NCBI GenBank assembly: GCA_016748015.1
Contig: JAAOMT010000620.1
Location: 486,256-550,255 of the forward strand
Source: Geosiphon pyriformis uo1
Lineage: Eukaryota; Fungi; Glomeromycota
Length of the DNA: 64,000 nucleotides
Direction of reading: 5' to 3'
In this document: positions 1 to 12,717 of the stretch, piece after piece
How the letters are laid out: the number at the start of each line of letters is the position of its first letter
How positions within the stretch are numbered: the stretch's first letter is position 1
Notes under the pieces: generated by a model
Told to the model about the DNA's origin: nothing
What the model saw: only the letters and a program-made list of their open reading frames with translations
Databases searched by the model: none
Made by a program: the position numbers and the translations under genes

Positions 1-30
1 TCTGGGGTGCTCTGTCTCTGTGGATTTATA

Positions 31-48
31 ACCTCATAGGAAGCACCA
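31..48 (-). promoter_or_regulatory. Primer-binding site of a minus-strand LTR retrotransposon that continues left of the window
   Basis: Minus strand reads LTR end ...TAACA, TT, TGGTGCTTCCTATGAGGT. The same motif sits next to the LTRs at 54148-54165 and, decayed, 9092-9109. Confidence 0.75.
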
Positions 49-50
49 AA

Positions 51-1072
51 TGTTACAGGTAAACTTGGTGGGTATGGGAAATAGTAACGTTTAGTGCTCT
101 CAATTATTGATAATACATCTTCTGTGTAATTCTGTTGGCTTAGTCTTGATTATCAGTTTCTGAAAGTCTATTCCTGGATGTGATTTTACCTATTGAGTTC
201 TTTGGTTATAAGGCACAAAGTTTGTCTTTTGTCGATTGCAACATTTTCCGTAAATGTGAGCTTTTTTCTTTGAGCTAATAAGCACAGTCATTAGGATCTG
301 GCGTTGTCTTTTTGCTTTTTTGGTAAGCTAACAAGATAATGTTAATATTCAAAACTTAGGAAAAGTTTCCCTTTTTTACCAGGCTATCATGAAGTTTATT
401 CTCAGATAGTCAATTTTACTATGTTGTTGCTCCACAAAAGATAAGAAAAAAAAAAGAAAAAAAAAAGAAAAAAAAGATAAATTAGTATTGTCAATCGCCA
501 TAATCAAGAGCAATTGGTCCAAATCGTTAATTGTTTGAGACGGTTATGCTAAGAGCATCTGTCCTAAAATAAAGATATGAAACAAGAGTTAATTCATGTA
601 AATTCCACAAAGTTTGAGAACATGAATTCATGATTCTGATTTCTTTAATAATTGGTTTATTTTAGAAGATAAAATAGGGAAAATAATAAATGATGAATAG
701 GTAAGGAAATTTGATTCTTGTCTAGAGATTTGTATCTATCTGTCCCTTTTTCTATCTTCTACTACTACTTGTTTTTATACATTCTTTTGGTTTTACAGAA
801 TTGCTTTCAATTGTCTCGCTATCGCTAGCTATTGCTTTGTTATTTCTGTTATTACTTTGTTTTTCTATGTTATTGCTAGTTATTCTATGTTATAACACAT
901 TATCTGATATTATTACATGTTATTCTGTATTATCCTGCATTATAACATGTTATTCTATGTTATAATGCATTATCTAATATTATTGTGCATTATTCTGTAT
1001 TATGTCACATTTTGGTCATATTTTGGTGATGTTTCTTCATAACTTTAAATCAGTTTTTCTACTTGGGTAACA
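51..1072 (-). mobile_element. 5' LTR (family LTR-1) of a Ty3/Gypsy-type element
   Basis: Termini TGTTAC...GTAACA. Homologous to 51846-52770 and 54168-55103. Adjacent PBS. Internal A-rich tract (~445-476) and ~10-bp periodic repeats (~870-1010). Confidence 0.85.
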
Positions 1073-3368
1073 ATGCTAAAAAAAGTGTTTCTATTTTTTA
1101 TTCTGTTGCTTTTGGTGATAAATCATAAATGCAAGTGGTTTTGTTTACTGTTTTTTTTAATAATACTTGTTTTGGTTTTGGTTTTTTTTTTTTTAATATT
1201 TTACATATTAAAAAAAATATCTTGGTTGGCCAAGACAATTTATTCATTATAGTTTATTTAACTTCTTTAGAACATTTCTTAGATTTTTTGCTAATTAAGT
1301 ATTAAAAATTGTGTAAAAATTAAGTATTGTAAATCTGGTGTTCTTGGCATCTGTTTTTTAATCTTTTTTTTAGCTGTTTCTGTATTATTAGATTTAAATT
1401 TGGTTTGAATATAATTTTGAAAAAACTTACAAATGTTATCTGTTTTTTTCTTTTAGTTATAGAGAATAAGACTTTAGGTTTAGGTCTAAGTAATTAAAAA
1501 ATTTTAATTACTAAAGTAGATAGCTTAAAATTAAAAATAATAGTTCTTAAGAGTTTAATTAATTCAGTTTTGACAAAATTGAATTAGTTATGCTTTGACT
1601 TAAAATTTTTAATGCTTTTTTTATCTCAATAACTGATTTAGTATAAAAGTTTGCTATATGCAATGTTTAAAGTTAGAGTTTCAATATTCAGTTTGGTTTG
1701 GTTCAAATTCAATTAAATTATCAAACTAAACTAAACTTGAACAGAAAATTTGGCTAAATTTTGAATTCAAACTTGAACCAAACTTAAAATTACTAAACTT
1801 GAACTGAATCCAAACACATATAACAAGTCTGGTTCAAGTTTGGTTTAAAGTTTATGAACATGTTTAGGTTCAACTATTAAAAATATTATATAATACTATA
1901 TTATCATTTAATTTTCTTTTCAATAGTTCTTGTATTTATAATTAAAAACATTGGACATTTTGTCTTTTTTTATGATATTTTTCTGTTGTAATATATATTG
2001 TTTAGTAAGAAGTCTTTAAATAGTGCTATAAGAGTTTAATAGTGTTTATAATTCTACAAAAAAATAGTTTATGTACATATTTTAAAACTATACATTTAGC
2101 TGTTTTTTTTTTATCTACTCAAATTTATTAAAATAGTTTTATACTTTATTTTAAAAGCTATATTTACCAAATATATTAATATTTAGACTATTTGAATTAT
2201 TAAATTCTATTATTTTGGATTTTGAATTTTTAATAATATTAGATAATACTAACAATAAATTTATTTTGGTAAGTTAGAAAGTAAAATTATTATATATGCA
2301 TAGTTTTATAAATCTTTTTAACTAATCATAGTAATTAAACAAAATAATAATTAATGAATAAGTAATACAAATTATATATTTTTTTAATTTCATTAAACTT
2401 AAACAAGTTCATAAACTTTAAACCAGACTTGAACTAAATTTACATTTGTCAAAAAAGTTTAATGCTAAACTCAAACCAAACTTTGAAAAATTGGTTTAGT
2501 TTAAGTTTGATTTATAATTCAAACTAAATTTGAACAACACTTAAAGTTTGGTTTAGTTTAGTTTGATTGAAACCCTATTCAAAATATTAATGTTTTTATA
2601 AAACAGAAAGATATTATTTATTAATATACAAATTTGGGTAATATAGTCTTTATTGTTATAAAAACAAAATTAAGATCTAATATTAAGCTATAAATTGTAA
2701 ATAAGTTTAATAAAGTGTAGATTTTTATGTTTGGTTTGGATAAAAGTTTTTTTAATACTAAAGTGGCTATTATTATAAACAATTTTCTGGTTTGATATGT
2801 TTCTAAAGTAAAAAAAGTTTCTAATTATGTTATTTTAATGTAACTTTTTTTTAAAAGCAAACTTTCAATTATGGTTTTGGGTTTGTATATTGGTGCTTTT
2901 ACTAAAACTAAATTTAATTAGACTTCGGAAATCAACTTTTTTATTATTAAAGTAGTTAACTTTAGCATTTTTGTAGTTATAAATAGAGATTTTAACAAAA
3001 ATGGATTTAAGAAAAGTGCAATTTTTAAGTTTTGTTTGGATTTAAATTTGGTCAATTCATTTAATAAGCATCTATTGATTAAAACTTCTATTTAAAACAA
3101 CTCAAAAAGTTTTAAAAAAGTCATAAATTATATTTTTGTAAGTAAAAATTTGCTTTTTATAGTTGCTAATTATGAAGTTGAATCTATATCCGACTTTTTT
3201 AATACTAATTACAAGATAGTTTTAGTTTTGGTTGGTTTGAATGATTTATTAGATGCCCATTTAAATAGTATATACAAACAAGTTAAAAAAAATTGGTGGA
3301 AATTTAAAATCAAAAATGCAAATAGTACCAAGTAGATATAATTTAAAAAATGCTTTTTTATTAAGTAT
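1073..3368 (+). pseudogene. Heavily decayed LINE fragment (copy F): ORF1 C-terminus plus AP-endonuclease start, interrupted by a hAT element
   Basis: Translates as YAKKSV..VAFGDKS, KILITKVDSL, CNV[RG]IN and KKNWWKFKIKNAN, matching ORF1/ORF2 of the intact-length copies. Many transition-derived stops. Confidence 0.8.
1674..2577. mobile_element. Non-autonomous hAT-like DNA transposon (~0.9 kb)
   Basis: 12-bp TIR TAGAGTTTCAAT / ATTGAAACCCTA. 8-bp TSD TTTAAAGT (1666-1673) / TTCAAAAT (2578-2585); both derive by transitions from the LINE codons TTCGAGGT. Dense subterminal AAACC/GGTTT/GAAC repeats. Confidence 0.8.
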
Positions 3369-4860
3369 TATTACTTATAAAAATTAGGATTATAATAATA
3401 AATAAAATGGCCAATTAAAATAGCCATAATAAAAAAAAAATTTCAGAATTCCAGAATTTCAGAATTTTTTTCAAAGAAATTGAAAGATTTTAAGAAATTT
3501 TATATAACATAAATTATGTATATATAGCAAGAATATTAAAAGCAGAAAAAGTAATTCCAGAAAAATTCAATAAAATAGATAAAATTCAATAGAGTTCAAA
3601 ATAACAATATTTTTTTCTTTAAAAAAAAGTTTTTTATAACTTGAAATAAAATTATTCTCATATCAATAAAATTATTTATTATTATTCAATCTATATTATT
3701 ATTACTTGATTAAAAAAATATTAATCCATTCCACTCTATCAACACTTTATGTTAATAAAATCCAATACTTAACTACACTAAATCAATAACTTTTAATTAT
3801 GATTATTAATAAAATACTAATTTTTTCTTTTTTTTTCTTTTTTTTTTGTTTTATTTCTTTATTATTTACTAATTAATTAAAAAAATTAAGCACTAAGTAT
3901 TTGATGTCAAAAATAGCCTGGTAAAAGATCTGAAAACAAGGATAGAAATTTAAAGATAGCTTACCAGAAAGATACAACTGCCAAAATAAACTGGCCACCA
4001 TATTAAAAAAAGAAATTTACAAAAGAAACCATTAATTAAATTTCTGTTTATTATATAAAAGACTTAACCAAAATCTTCAAACTCTAAAATCTTTAGAAAT
4101 TACCAATATTCTTAGCTATTAAACACCAAATTATGAGTTTGTTATTTGTTTTAACACTCTAAATAATCATTTGTAATATTGTATAATAAAAATTATATAT
4201 ATATAATAAGAGTATTAAAAGCAAAAAAGACAGATAAGTTTAGAATAACAATATTTCTTTCTTCAAAAAATAGTTTTCTATAACTTGAAATGAAATTATA
4301 CTGATATCAATAAACTTATTTATTATTATTTAATCTATATTATTATTACTTAATTAAAAAATATTAATCAATTTTCTACTATTAATACTTTATATTAATA
4401 AAAACCAATACTTAATCACACTAGACTAATAGTTTTTAATTATGGCTATTGATAAAATACCAATTTATTTATTTTATTATTTTATTTTATTTTATTTTTA
4501 TTGTTTTTTTATTTTTTTTATTTTATTTTTTTTATTTTCTTTGTTGTTTTCTAATTGATTAAAAAAATTAAGTACTAAGTAATTGACATTAAGAATAACC
4601 TGATAAAAACTTAAGAACAAAAGTAGAAATTTAAAAATAGCTTACTAGAAAAACATAACTGTTAGAATAAACTGGCCACTATATTAAAAAAAGAAATTCA
4701 CAAAAGAAAACCATTAATTGAATCTTTATTTATTATACAAAAGACTCAACAAAAATTTTCAGACTTTAAAATCTTTAAAAGTTATTAATATTAATAGCTA
4801 TTAAGTTCCAAATTACAGATTTGTTATTTGTTCTAACACCTTAAATAATCATTTGTAACA
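3369..4860 (+). mobile_element. LTR (3369-4178) followed in tandem by a 5'-truncated second copy (4179-4860); distant relative of LTR-1
   Basis: ~680-bp direct duplication, ending CATTTGTAATA and CATTTGTAACA. Start TATTAC (decayed TGTTAC). Reverse complement shares blocks with LTR-1. Confidence 0.7.
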
Positions 4861-5367
4861 GTAAATATATTAGCATATTTAATAATTAACTATTTTAATT
4901 GTTTTTGTTGTTGGGGTTTCAAAAGATTTATGTTGATTCAAAAAAGTTTTTCTTTAATAAAATAGTAGTTTTTAGTAATAGACAAAATATTTAAGTTTAG
5001 AAAAAGAATGTGTTTCACAATTTCAATAAAATTAGAGACAATTTAAAAAGTTTTATTCTGGAAGATATTATTATGTATAATTCTAATTTCTAATCTATTT
5101 AAATAAAATGATGAGTGTTTATAAAAATTATAAAATATAACTCAGAATTTTTTTATTTTTTTTGGCATATAATATTTGAAATTAAGATTTTGTTTTTTAA
5201 AAAAATCTGTTTATTTAATTCAAAAATTTGTTAAGTGGTGGTTAATTTTGAATAAGTGTAAATTTGGTATTTTTTTTTAAAAGATAAAATAATAATTAGT
5301 TAAAAAAGTTGAAAATTTGGTAAGATTTATTTTGTGTATTGAGAACTATGTTTATTGAATTTTTAAA

Positions 5368-5790
5368 CCATTTAATTGAACCAAAATTTTGAGTTCTTCT
5401 ATTGGTTTTGCCTAATTGTTCTCTTTGATTGACTGGTTGTAAATTCAAAATGTTAATTAGAAATAAGTAAATTGCCTAGACAATTTTTTCAGCATGTTCA
5501 ATCCTAAATGGTTTTTTATTTTCATTTTGTAGCATGATTATAATGTTTCTAGTGTATTCTGTATCTATAACTCCTTTTTTAGTATTGATTTCTTTATTGA
5601 CCAAAGATAATTAAGAAACAATTTAGATCATTGTTTCTGGTGGTATTTTAAGAGCAATTTTAAAGTTGATCTTTGTTAAGAACTTGAATTGAAAAATCAA
5701 GATATTTTTTTCTGAATATTATAAGTCATATCTTGTATCAATTTTATAAGCTTTTTTTGGCTTGATTTTTTGACTATTATTGTTAAAATA
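5368..5790 (-). pseudogene. dUTPase domain of Gypsy G1 (decayed)
   Basis: All five trimeric dUTPase motifs in order: DTRYDL (DAGYDL), IVS*LSL (ASRSSL), KGVIDTEYTRNI (GGVIDxGYxG), EKIV*AI (KIAQ), RRTQNFGSIK (RGxxGFGSTG). Confidence 0.85.
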
Positions 5791-6769
5791 CTTGAGTTGC
5801 ATGGCAGGCTAATTTTCAGTAAAATAGATTAAAATTATTGCAATTTTTTTTTCTGGCTTAAGTTTTCTAAATTTGATTTTGTATTTATTATTTTTACTAA
5901 CCAAAGAGCTAAAAACATAGTATTTCAGACACTATTGGTTGTCATTAAGCATAGAATATTTTTTGTACAATTGAATATTTATTTGCTCTAATTGGTGAAT
6001 TTAAGCTTTTTTGGTCAAGTAAGTATAACCTGTAATTTGATAGTATACTTCTACTTTATTTTTATAGTTGTATCTGACAATTTCAAAAATGTATTCAATA
6101 TATTCAGCTTTTTTCATTTGACAAACATCTTTTTGAATTTCTTTATTGATTAGAATTATGGCCAATTTATAGATTATTTTTATATTATGTAAATAATAAT
6201 AAAGTTTGTTTAGAACATTGTTATATGCTGCATTAAAAAAGATTTTTTTATGAACTTTTTCTGTAATTAATAGGACATATTAGCAGGTCTAATCACAAAC
6301 TTTTTCTTTTATCACAATATTAATTTAGTTGTATTCTTTTGATAATAGTTTTCTATATATGAAACAAGAAGTATTGTTTTATTTTTTACTTTATTTGAAG
6401 TATCCAAATTGTTCTTGGTAACAGATCTTACAGTTATAATAAGTACATATCTCATATTTTTCTTTTGGTAATATACAAACTTCCATTAATGAAAGCTTTT
6501 TGTTGCAATCTTTATATTTAAGTAGAATATAAGATAGTTGTTTTTATAATTCTGATTTGAAATACTGAATTTTGTTCTAACTACTAGTTTTTTTGAAAAA
6601 TTTTTATTCTGTTTTTTCAGTTTAATTGGGTGTTGATTCAAAAGTCATATAAGTTTTGGTAATTACCATTTTTTTTTCTCTTCAAATTCGAATACAAGGA
6701 CTTTTTCTAACTATTTATTAAAAATATTACAAATAGTAAGTACTTTATATTGTCTTTGGTATAAAATTT

Positions 6770-7100
6770 TGAGTTTTTGGGTTTCTTAATCTAAGTTTGC
6801 ATTGGCTTTAAGAAACCAATCATTTTTAAAAAAAGCTTGGTACTAAGATGTATCTATGACAAAAACTTTAATTAGAATAATAATTCTATTGATTATAAAT
6901 AAAAAATTGTTAATTTTTTTAACTGAAGTTTTTTTTATACTATTAACTATAACAATAACTGTTTGGACAGATCTATTTATATTTTATTTAAGCTGTTGTA
7001 TTAACTAATAAGTAATAATGTTTTTGGTAGATTTATTGTTTAAAATTAATTAAATTGGTTTTTTTTTAATTTTAACTTCAATATATATTGCTGTAATTGC
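6770..7100 (-). pseudogene. Retropepsin-type aspartic protease of Gypsy G1 (decayed)
   Basis: PI*LILNNKSTKNII corresponds to LILDSGSAGSII after G>A changes. Downstream YQAFFKNDWFLKANA corresponds to the xxGxDWL motif. Confidence 0.7.
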
Positions 7101-7779
7101 TTTTTGTTCTATAATTGCTATATTACTAAGTAAAAATAGTGATTCATTAGCTTTGAATTCGAATGGAAAAATATTGGAAAGATTGGCATTTTGGATAATT
7201 TAAACTGGTAGAATAGTATTATTGAAAGAGTTTTGTTTTAAGACTGTAGTTTTATCTTTAAAAAGTACAGTTTGCTAAAAATCCAATTTTTTTAATATTA
7301 TGAAATAGCTAGATGTGTATAATAATAGTTGGGTTTTTGTTGAACTGGATTTTGGAAAACTAATTGGTTATTAGAATTAAATCTATTATTGTTTATTGTA
7401 AATTGGTTTTGAAATATAAATTGGTTTTGCTAAACCAATCTTCAGACAGATACTTAATATTGTTGAACTGATAAATATTGTTGTTGAATAAATTGAAAAG
7501 CAGATAAATAATAATTGTTTTAATATTGAGATTTTGGTGGATAATAAATTGGTAGTAAAAATTAGTAGTAGAATTGCTAAAGTTGGGAATAACATTAATT
7601 ATTCTTTAATTGTTAATCTCTTTGTATCTTTTGGCAATCTTGTTTTCAGTGTTCTAGAATTTTACAATAGTGATAGCTTTGAAATTGGTTGTTTGATAAT
7701 AATAAGTAGTTATTTTAATTGTATCTTTGGAGTGGCTAATATCTTTATTGTTACTGTTATTGTTAATTGATAAAATAAG

Positions 7780-8410
7780 TTTCAAATTTTTTTATAAGTT
7801 GATTAATTTTTTTTTTAGCTGCTAAGCTGGTTTTGCCAATTGCAAGTTTGACAAGTTTGGTATAATTTGCTTCTTATATTGCTATTTTGTAGTTTTTTAC
7901 ATGTTAAATGACTATAGCTAAGTCTGCTGAAACATAAAAACAAACTTTCTTGATTAATTTATCTTTTAATTTGGCTATAAATTAGTCCAAAAATTGAGCA
8001 TTGAAGTAATATTTATTGGTTTCTAATTGTCAAATTTGTCAGAAAAGTTTGTTAAAATTTTCAAAATAGATTATTATAAATTTAGAAAGTTCTTGTTTAA
8101 TGTTTTGAAATCAGTTTTGAAAAATAATAGAGATGTTGTTGTTAGTAAATTGTTTCAAAAAAGCATTTTTGAATGTTTGTCAAATTTTAAAGAGTGTGTC
8201 TAAGTTTTTAAACTATTCACTTGCAGTTTTTTAAAAAAAATAAGAAATTGCTTTTAATATTTTTGTTGTATTCTATTTATTCATATCTCTTGCTTTTATG
8301 ATTTTATCAAGCCATTTTTGTGGGCTGGTGTCTATATTTTTTCTAATAAATTCAGTAATTTTTGCAATGTAGATGGTTATTATGTCTTCAATATCTTTGT
8401 TTTTAATGGG
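7780..8410 (-). pseudogene. Gag capsid remnant of Gypsy G1
   Basis: IAKITEFIRKNIDTSPQKWLDKIIKA..ILKAISYFF*KTASE*F resembles the Ty3/Gypsy capsid N-terminal pattern (P.F.G...P..WL...; L.G.A..WF). Boundaries approximate. Confidence 0.65.
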
Positions 8411-9111
8411 TTTTTTTTTTCAAATTTAAAAACATTTTTATTATTATTAAAGTAATTATTCTGGTTTTTACTAAAAAATTAAAAAAATTAATACTAGTAA
8501 ATATTGGTTTTGGCTGTCATGTTGGGCTTTTTAATAAAGTAAAGTTTTTTGGTCTTGAAAATTAAATAAAAAGTAAATTAGGTATTTGTAATTGAACAAA
8601 TAAAATTAGAAATAATGTAATAAAAAATAGTAATTTAATACTGGTTTTTTGTTTAGGTGTTTACAAGTATTTGGCAGTTTTTTTTGGTACATTGTAAGTT
8701 GTTTTCTTTTGTTGATATTTTTAGGCTCTGATTTTATGCCTAAAAAAAATTTGGATTATACTAGGTATTTTTTTTTACAATATTAGATGATATTAAAGTT
8801 AAGTTCTTAAAAGTAAGTATTAAGTGTTTTACTATTAAAGTTTTCTGTTTTTAAGTAAAAATAGTGTAGTAAATTTTTGTAAATATTGTTTTTGACTTCT
8901 GAAATATTATAATTTTTAAAAAAATAATTGTTAATACAGTTTTTAATATATTAGTATAATAATTTCTTAAAAACTTTAATTTTATTTTGAATGTTAAATA
9001 TTTTCTTACAGTAAATGTAAATTAATTGATAGTATTCTAAAGTTATTATGTTAGATGTTATTGTTATTTTGAAGTTGTTATTGCTGTGTTATTTTTATAG
9101 AAAACACCAAA

Positions 9112-10142
9112 TATTACTAAAGGTTTTTGGTCTCTTTTTTTAGTTGTTATTAATATTAGTTTACTGTTAATTCAAATTTTATTGAAAGCTATTAAATTTT
9201 TAATAACTAAATTTATTTTCAAATTATCTTCTATAATTTGAATTGCTAGACTTATATATATAGAATAGCCAATTTTATACCAGTTGCTTTGTATAATTAT
9301 ATTGTAATAAATGGTAAATTTTTTTAAAAAATTGTTCATTTGAAAACTCACTAAAAAATATGCTATAAAAGTCAACTTTTTTATAGAAATTTTGTCTGTA
9401 AACTACTCTAATAATTATAATAAAAAAAAAAAAAGAAAATAAAAGAAATATAAAAGAATTGGAATTTTGTTAAAAAAATCATTTTCATCCAAATCTAAAA
9501 TCACTAATAGTTTACTGAAATTGGTAGCTAATCAATTTCAAACCATTAGTTGGTTTTTGGAAAATATTAAGTACAATTATTTCAAGAATTGGTTTTTAAA
9601 GTATATTTTTATTTTGAATTATACTAATAAGAATAAATTTAAAATAAAATATCTATAGTAAATATATTTTCTCAAAGAAAAAAGCTCTTTTTTTATATAA
9701 TCTGTTGTAATATTAGTTTATAAACTTAAATTTTTTTCTTTGCTATGATTTAAACAAACTAAAAATACATTTTAATAAACTATTATTTATTTTAGTATAT
9801 TATTTATTATTTTGGTAAATTTCTTATAAATTTTAGTAAATTTTTAAATATTACATAGTTTGGGTTATTGTGTAATTTAATTATTCTAATTTCTATTGTA
9901 CAAATCGAATTATTAATTAAATAGTAATATTTAATAATTTGATTAAGTAATAAGTAATAATTTAAATAATATTAATATTAGGAATTATAAGAGTAATTTT
10001 ATGTTAATTAATAACTAAAATTCCATTGGTAATATTATTTAATTTACTCACTTATTGTAATTTTCTCTTTGATTAATTTCATTATTCTATAATTTTGTTT
10101 TTTTTGCTATTTGTTAGCTTGTTATTCCAACTTATAATAATA
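9112..10142 (-). repeat. 5' LTR (family LTR-2) of Gypsy G1
   Basis: Colinear with 61058-62027 up to ~10010. Starts TATTACTAAAGGTTT (decayed TGTTACTGGAGGTTT) beside the PBS. The far end is uncertain (10034 or ~10142). Confidence 0.7.
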
Positions 10143-11844
10143 TCAAAAATGCTTTAAATTTTTTTGGTAAAGTTAAAATTTGCTAATTAATAATAATATG
10201 TTGTATATTTTAAGTTTTATATATATTTTAATATTGTTTTAATATGTTAATTAATTTTTGTTAAAAAAATATTTTTAAATTTTTTTTTAATTAAAAAAAA
10301 ATTATTGTTTTAAAAATATTTTTAAAGTCAGATTAGTCATTTTTTTAATTGTATTGTTTTTAAGTAAATAATTATATATGATTTATTTTTTGGTTCTTAA
10401 ATTTTACTTAATAATTAAAATATATTATTGTTATTTTTAATTTTAAAAAAATTTAAATACTATCATAATTAAAAATAATATTTTAAAAAAACATTATGTT
10501 TAATAAAAAACTTTTGATTAAATTATTTTTGCTAATTAAATTTATTGATTTTTTAATTGTTATTATTATAATATTAATAAGTATTTTATTTGCTAAAAAT
10601 TTTAAAATAAAAAATTATTATTATGAAAAACAGATTAAAAAAATGATTAATCTTAAAGTAAAATAAAATATAAGTTGTTTATATAATAATAATATAAATA
10701 TTAATAAAAACTTTATTAAAATAATGGTTTTTTAAAAGTTTTAAACATTAAATATTAAGTTTAATATTAATATAACTATTAAATAAATAACTGATTTGAT
10801 TTTTAATAAAAATAATTTAATTGTAATTATGCATAAAATAATTTTTTGAATAAGTTTTTTTTTATTAATTCAATATAGTTTGAACTGACTTAAATAATAA
10901 AAAATGCATAAGTTATATTTATTTTAAACTTTATTATAAATATATTATAATACATAATAATTAAATATTACATTAATTAAAACATGTCAATATTCTTATT
11001 AAAATAATATTTTAATTATTATTTTATAATTTATGTTAAAAATTTAAAAATTTAAAAAACTTTAATCTTAATAATTGATTTGTTTTGAATTGGATTTTTT
11101 TAATTGTTTTAACAATATAATCTAATTTAGTTTTTTTAATTTGGATTTATTGTAAAATTTATTATTAAAATTACGCTTAATTTTTTTATTAATAAATTTT
11201 AAAAATGAACATTTAATTTTAGAAATTTAAAATATTTTAATAAAATAATTAATATTTAATTTATTTGTAATAATAATTTTTATAAAATTTTAATTAAAGT
11301 TTATAATATTTGTATTTTGTATAATTAATAATAATATTAAAATAATTTTTTGATTTTTGCAATATTTGCAGTTTTAAAAACCATTTTTTCACAATTGTTA
11401 TAAATACCAATTTTTAAAAAAATTGTTTTTATTATTAAAGTTAATAAATTTATTAATCAACTAATATTATTTTTTTAATTAAACTTGTATAAAATTAATA
11501 ATTTATTTAATAAGACTTTTTAAAGAAATCATTTAAAAAAATCCTAATTTTTATTTAAAATTAAATTACAAAATAAATTGTATTTATAATTAAAATATGC
11601 ATCATAATTAATTTACTTAATCAAATATTTTAAAATTGAACATTTAAGTTAATTTAAATTATAATCTTTTAGGAAAATTTTAATTGAATAAAATCTTTTT
11701 ATATAAGTAGCAAACAGATTACACTTATCGGGATTGAATTTATTTAATTTAGAATCTGTAAATATGCATTGATGAGTCATAAGTTGTTTGAAATAAATTT
11801 GCAGAAATCTCTACTTTCGAAACCAAATTCCTTTTATTCACAAC

Positions 11845-12717
11845 ATGGCCTCCTTTACTCCCGACAATCCAGCCGACCAAGAGCTTTACGATGAACGCTT
11901 TTATCAAGAACCTAAATATACTAGCAATTATGATCCCGATGCAGCTGTCGTTAAAGACTTTTTGGGTAGCGCAAATCTCGGTTCCGCCCGCTTACGAGAA
12001 ATGGCGGGACTCGGTGGTGGAGTAGAATTCTTACCGATTGAAGAACAACAAGTCACTCGAGGAGCTATTCCAAGTAGAGGAGTTCTAGACGATCTTTGCT
12101 ATGGGACAGGAACTACATATATGACCGGTACGGCCTTGAGCAAACTTGGCAATCTGTTTTTTCCCTTAGCCCGCCAGTTTGAAAATTCAAAACCTAAAAA
12201 CCAAACTTTCATTCTAGGCCTATCTTTTGGTGGTGCATGGGGTTTAATTGAAGGTTTTCGTGGTCATAGTCCAAATTTTAAACTTCGTCTTAATACTATA
12301 CTGAATTCCGTAACCCGACGTGGGCCCTTTGTGGGTAATTCATGTGGGGTTCTAGGTAATGAGGATATTTTATCTTATTTTTGGTTGTTTTATTTCAGAA
12401 TACCATTTAATCAAATTATATGATTTTTGTATAACAGCAATGGGTTATAATTCTATTAATGGCATTATCGGTAATTTGAGAGGGCAGCGTGATATTTTAA
12501 ATGAAATTGGTTCAGGGGCACTGGTAGGAGCTATTTTCAAATCAACAGGTAACCTTCATTTTGTTTAAACTTTTAATATATTAAGATTATTATTTACTAA
12601 ATGAAATTGCTTACATTAAATTTAGCTGGGATAAGAGCTGCCTCTGCCGCCTCTTTAATATGTGCAAGTGCAGCGGGAACATGGGCATTCGCAAAGCGCT
12701 ACTACTTTAAATATTAA
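11845..12717 (+). CDS. TIM23: Mitochondrial inner-membrane translocase subunit Tim23; exons 11845-12127, 12218-12355, 12438-12548, 12626-12717
   Basis: Tim17/22/23 motifs SRG..DDLCYGTGTTY, GGAWG, KLRLNTILNSVTRRGP..GNS.GVLA, GAIFKSTAG. Acidic N-terminal region. Three phase-consistent GT-AG introns. Confidence 0.95.

Larger units (their letters stand above)
4861..10142 (-). mobile_element. Decayed, 3'-truncated Ty3/Gypsy element G1: LTR-PBS-gag-protease-dUTPase, cut before RT
   Basis: LTR homologous to 61058-62027, PBS at 9092-9109, and recognisable gag, protease and dUTPase remnants. The pre-RT segment (LLKPQQQKQLK*LIIKYANIF) abuts the LTR at 4860. The outer LTR boundary is approximate. Confidence 0.8.

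Noticed and set aside
31-48. tRNA gene fragment ending in CCA
   Set aside because: Only 18 nt and adjacent to an LTR, so it is a primer-binding site rather than a tRNA gene.
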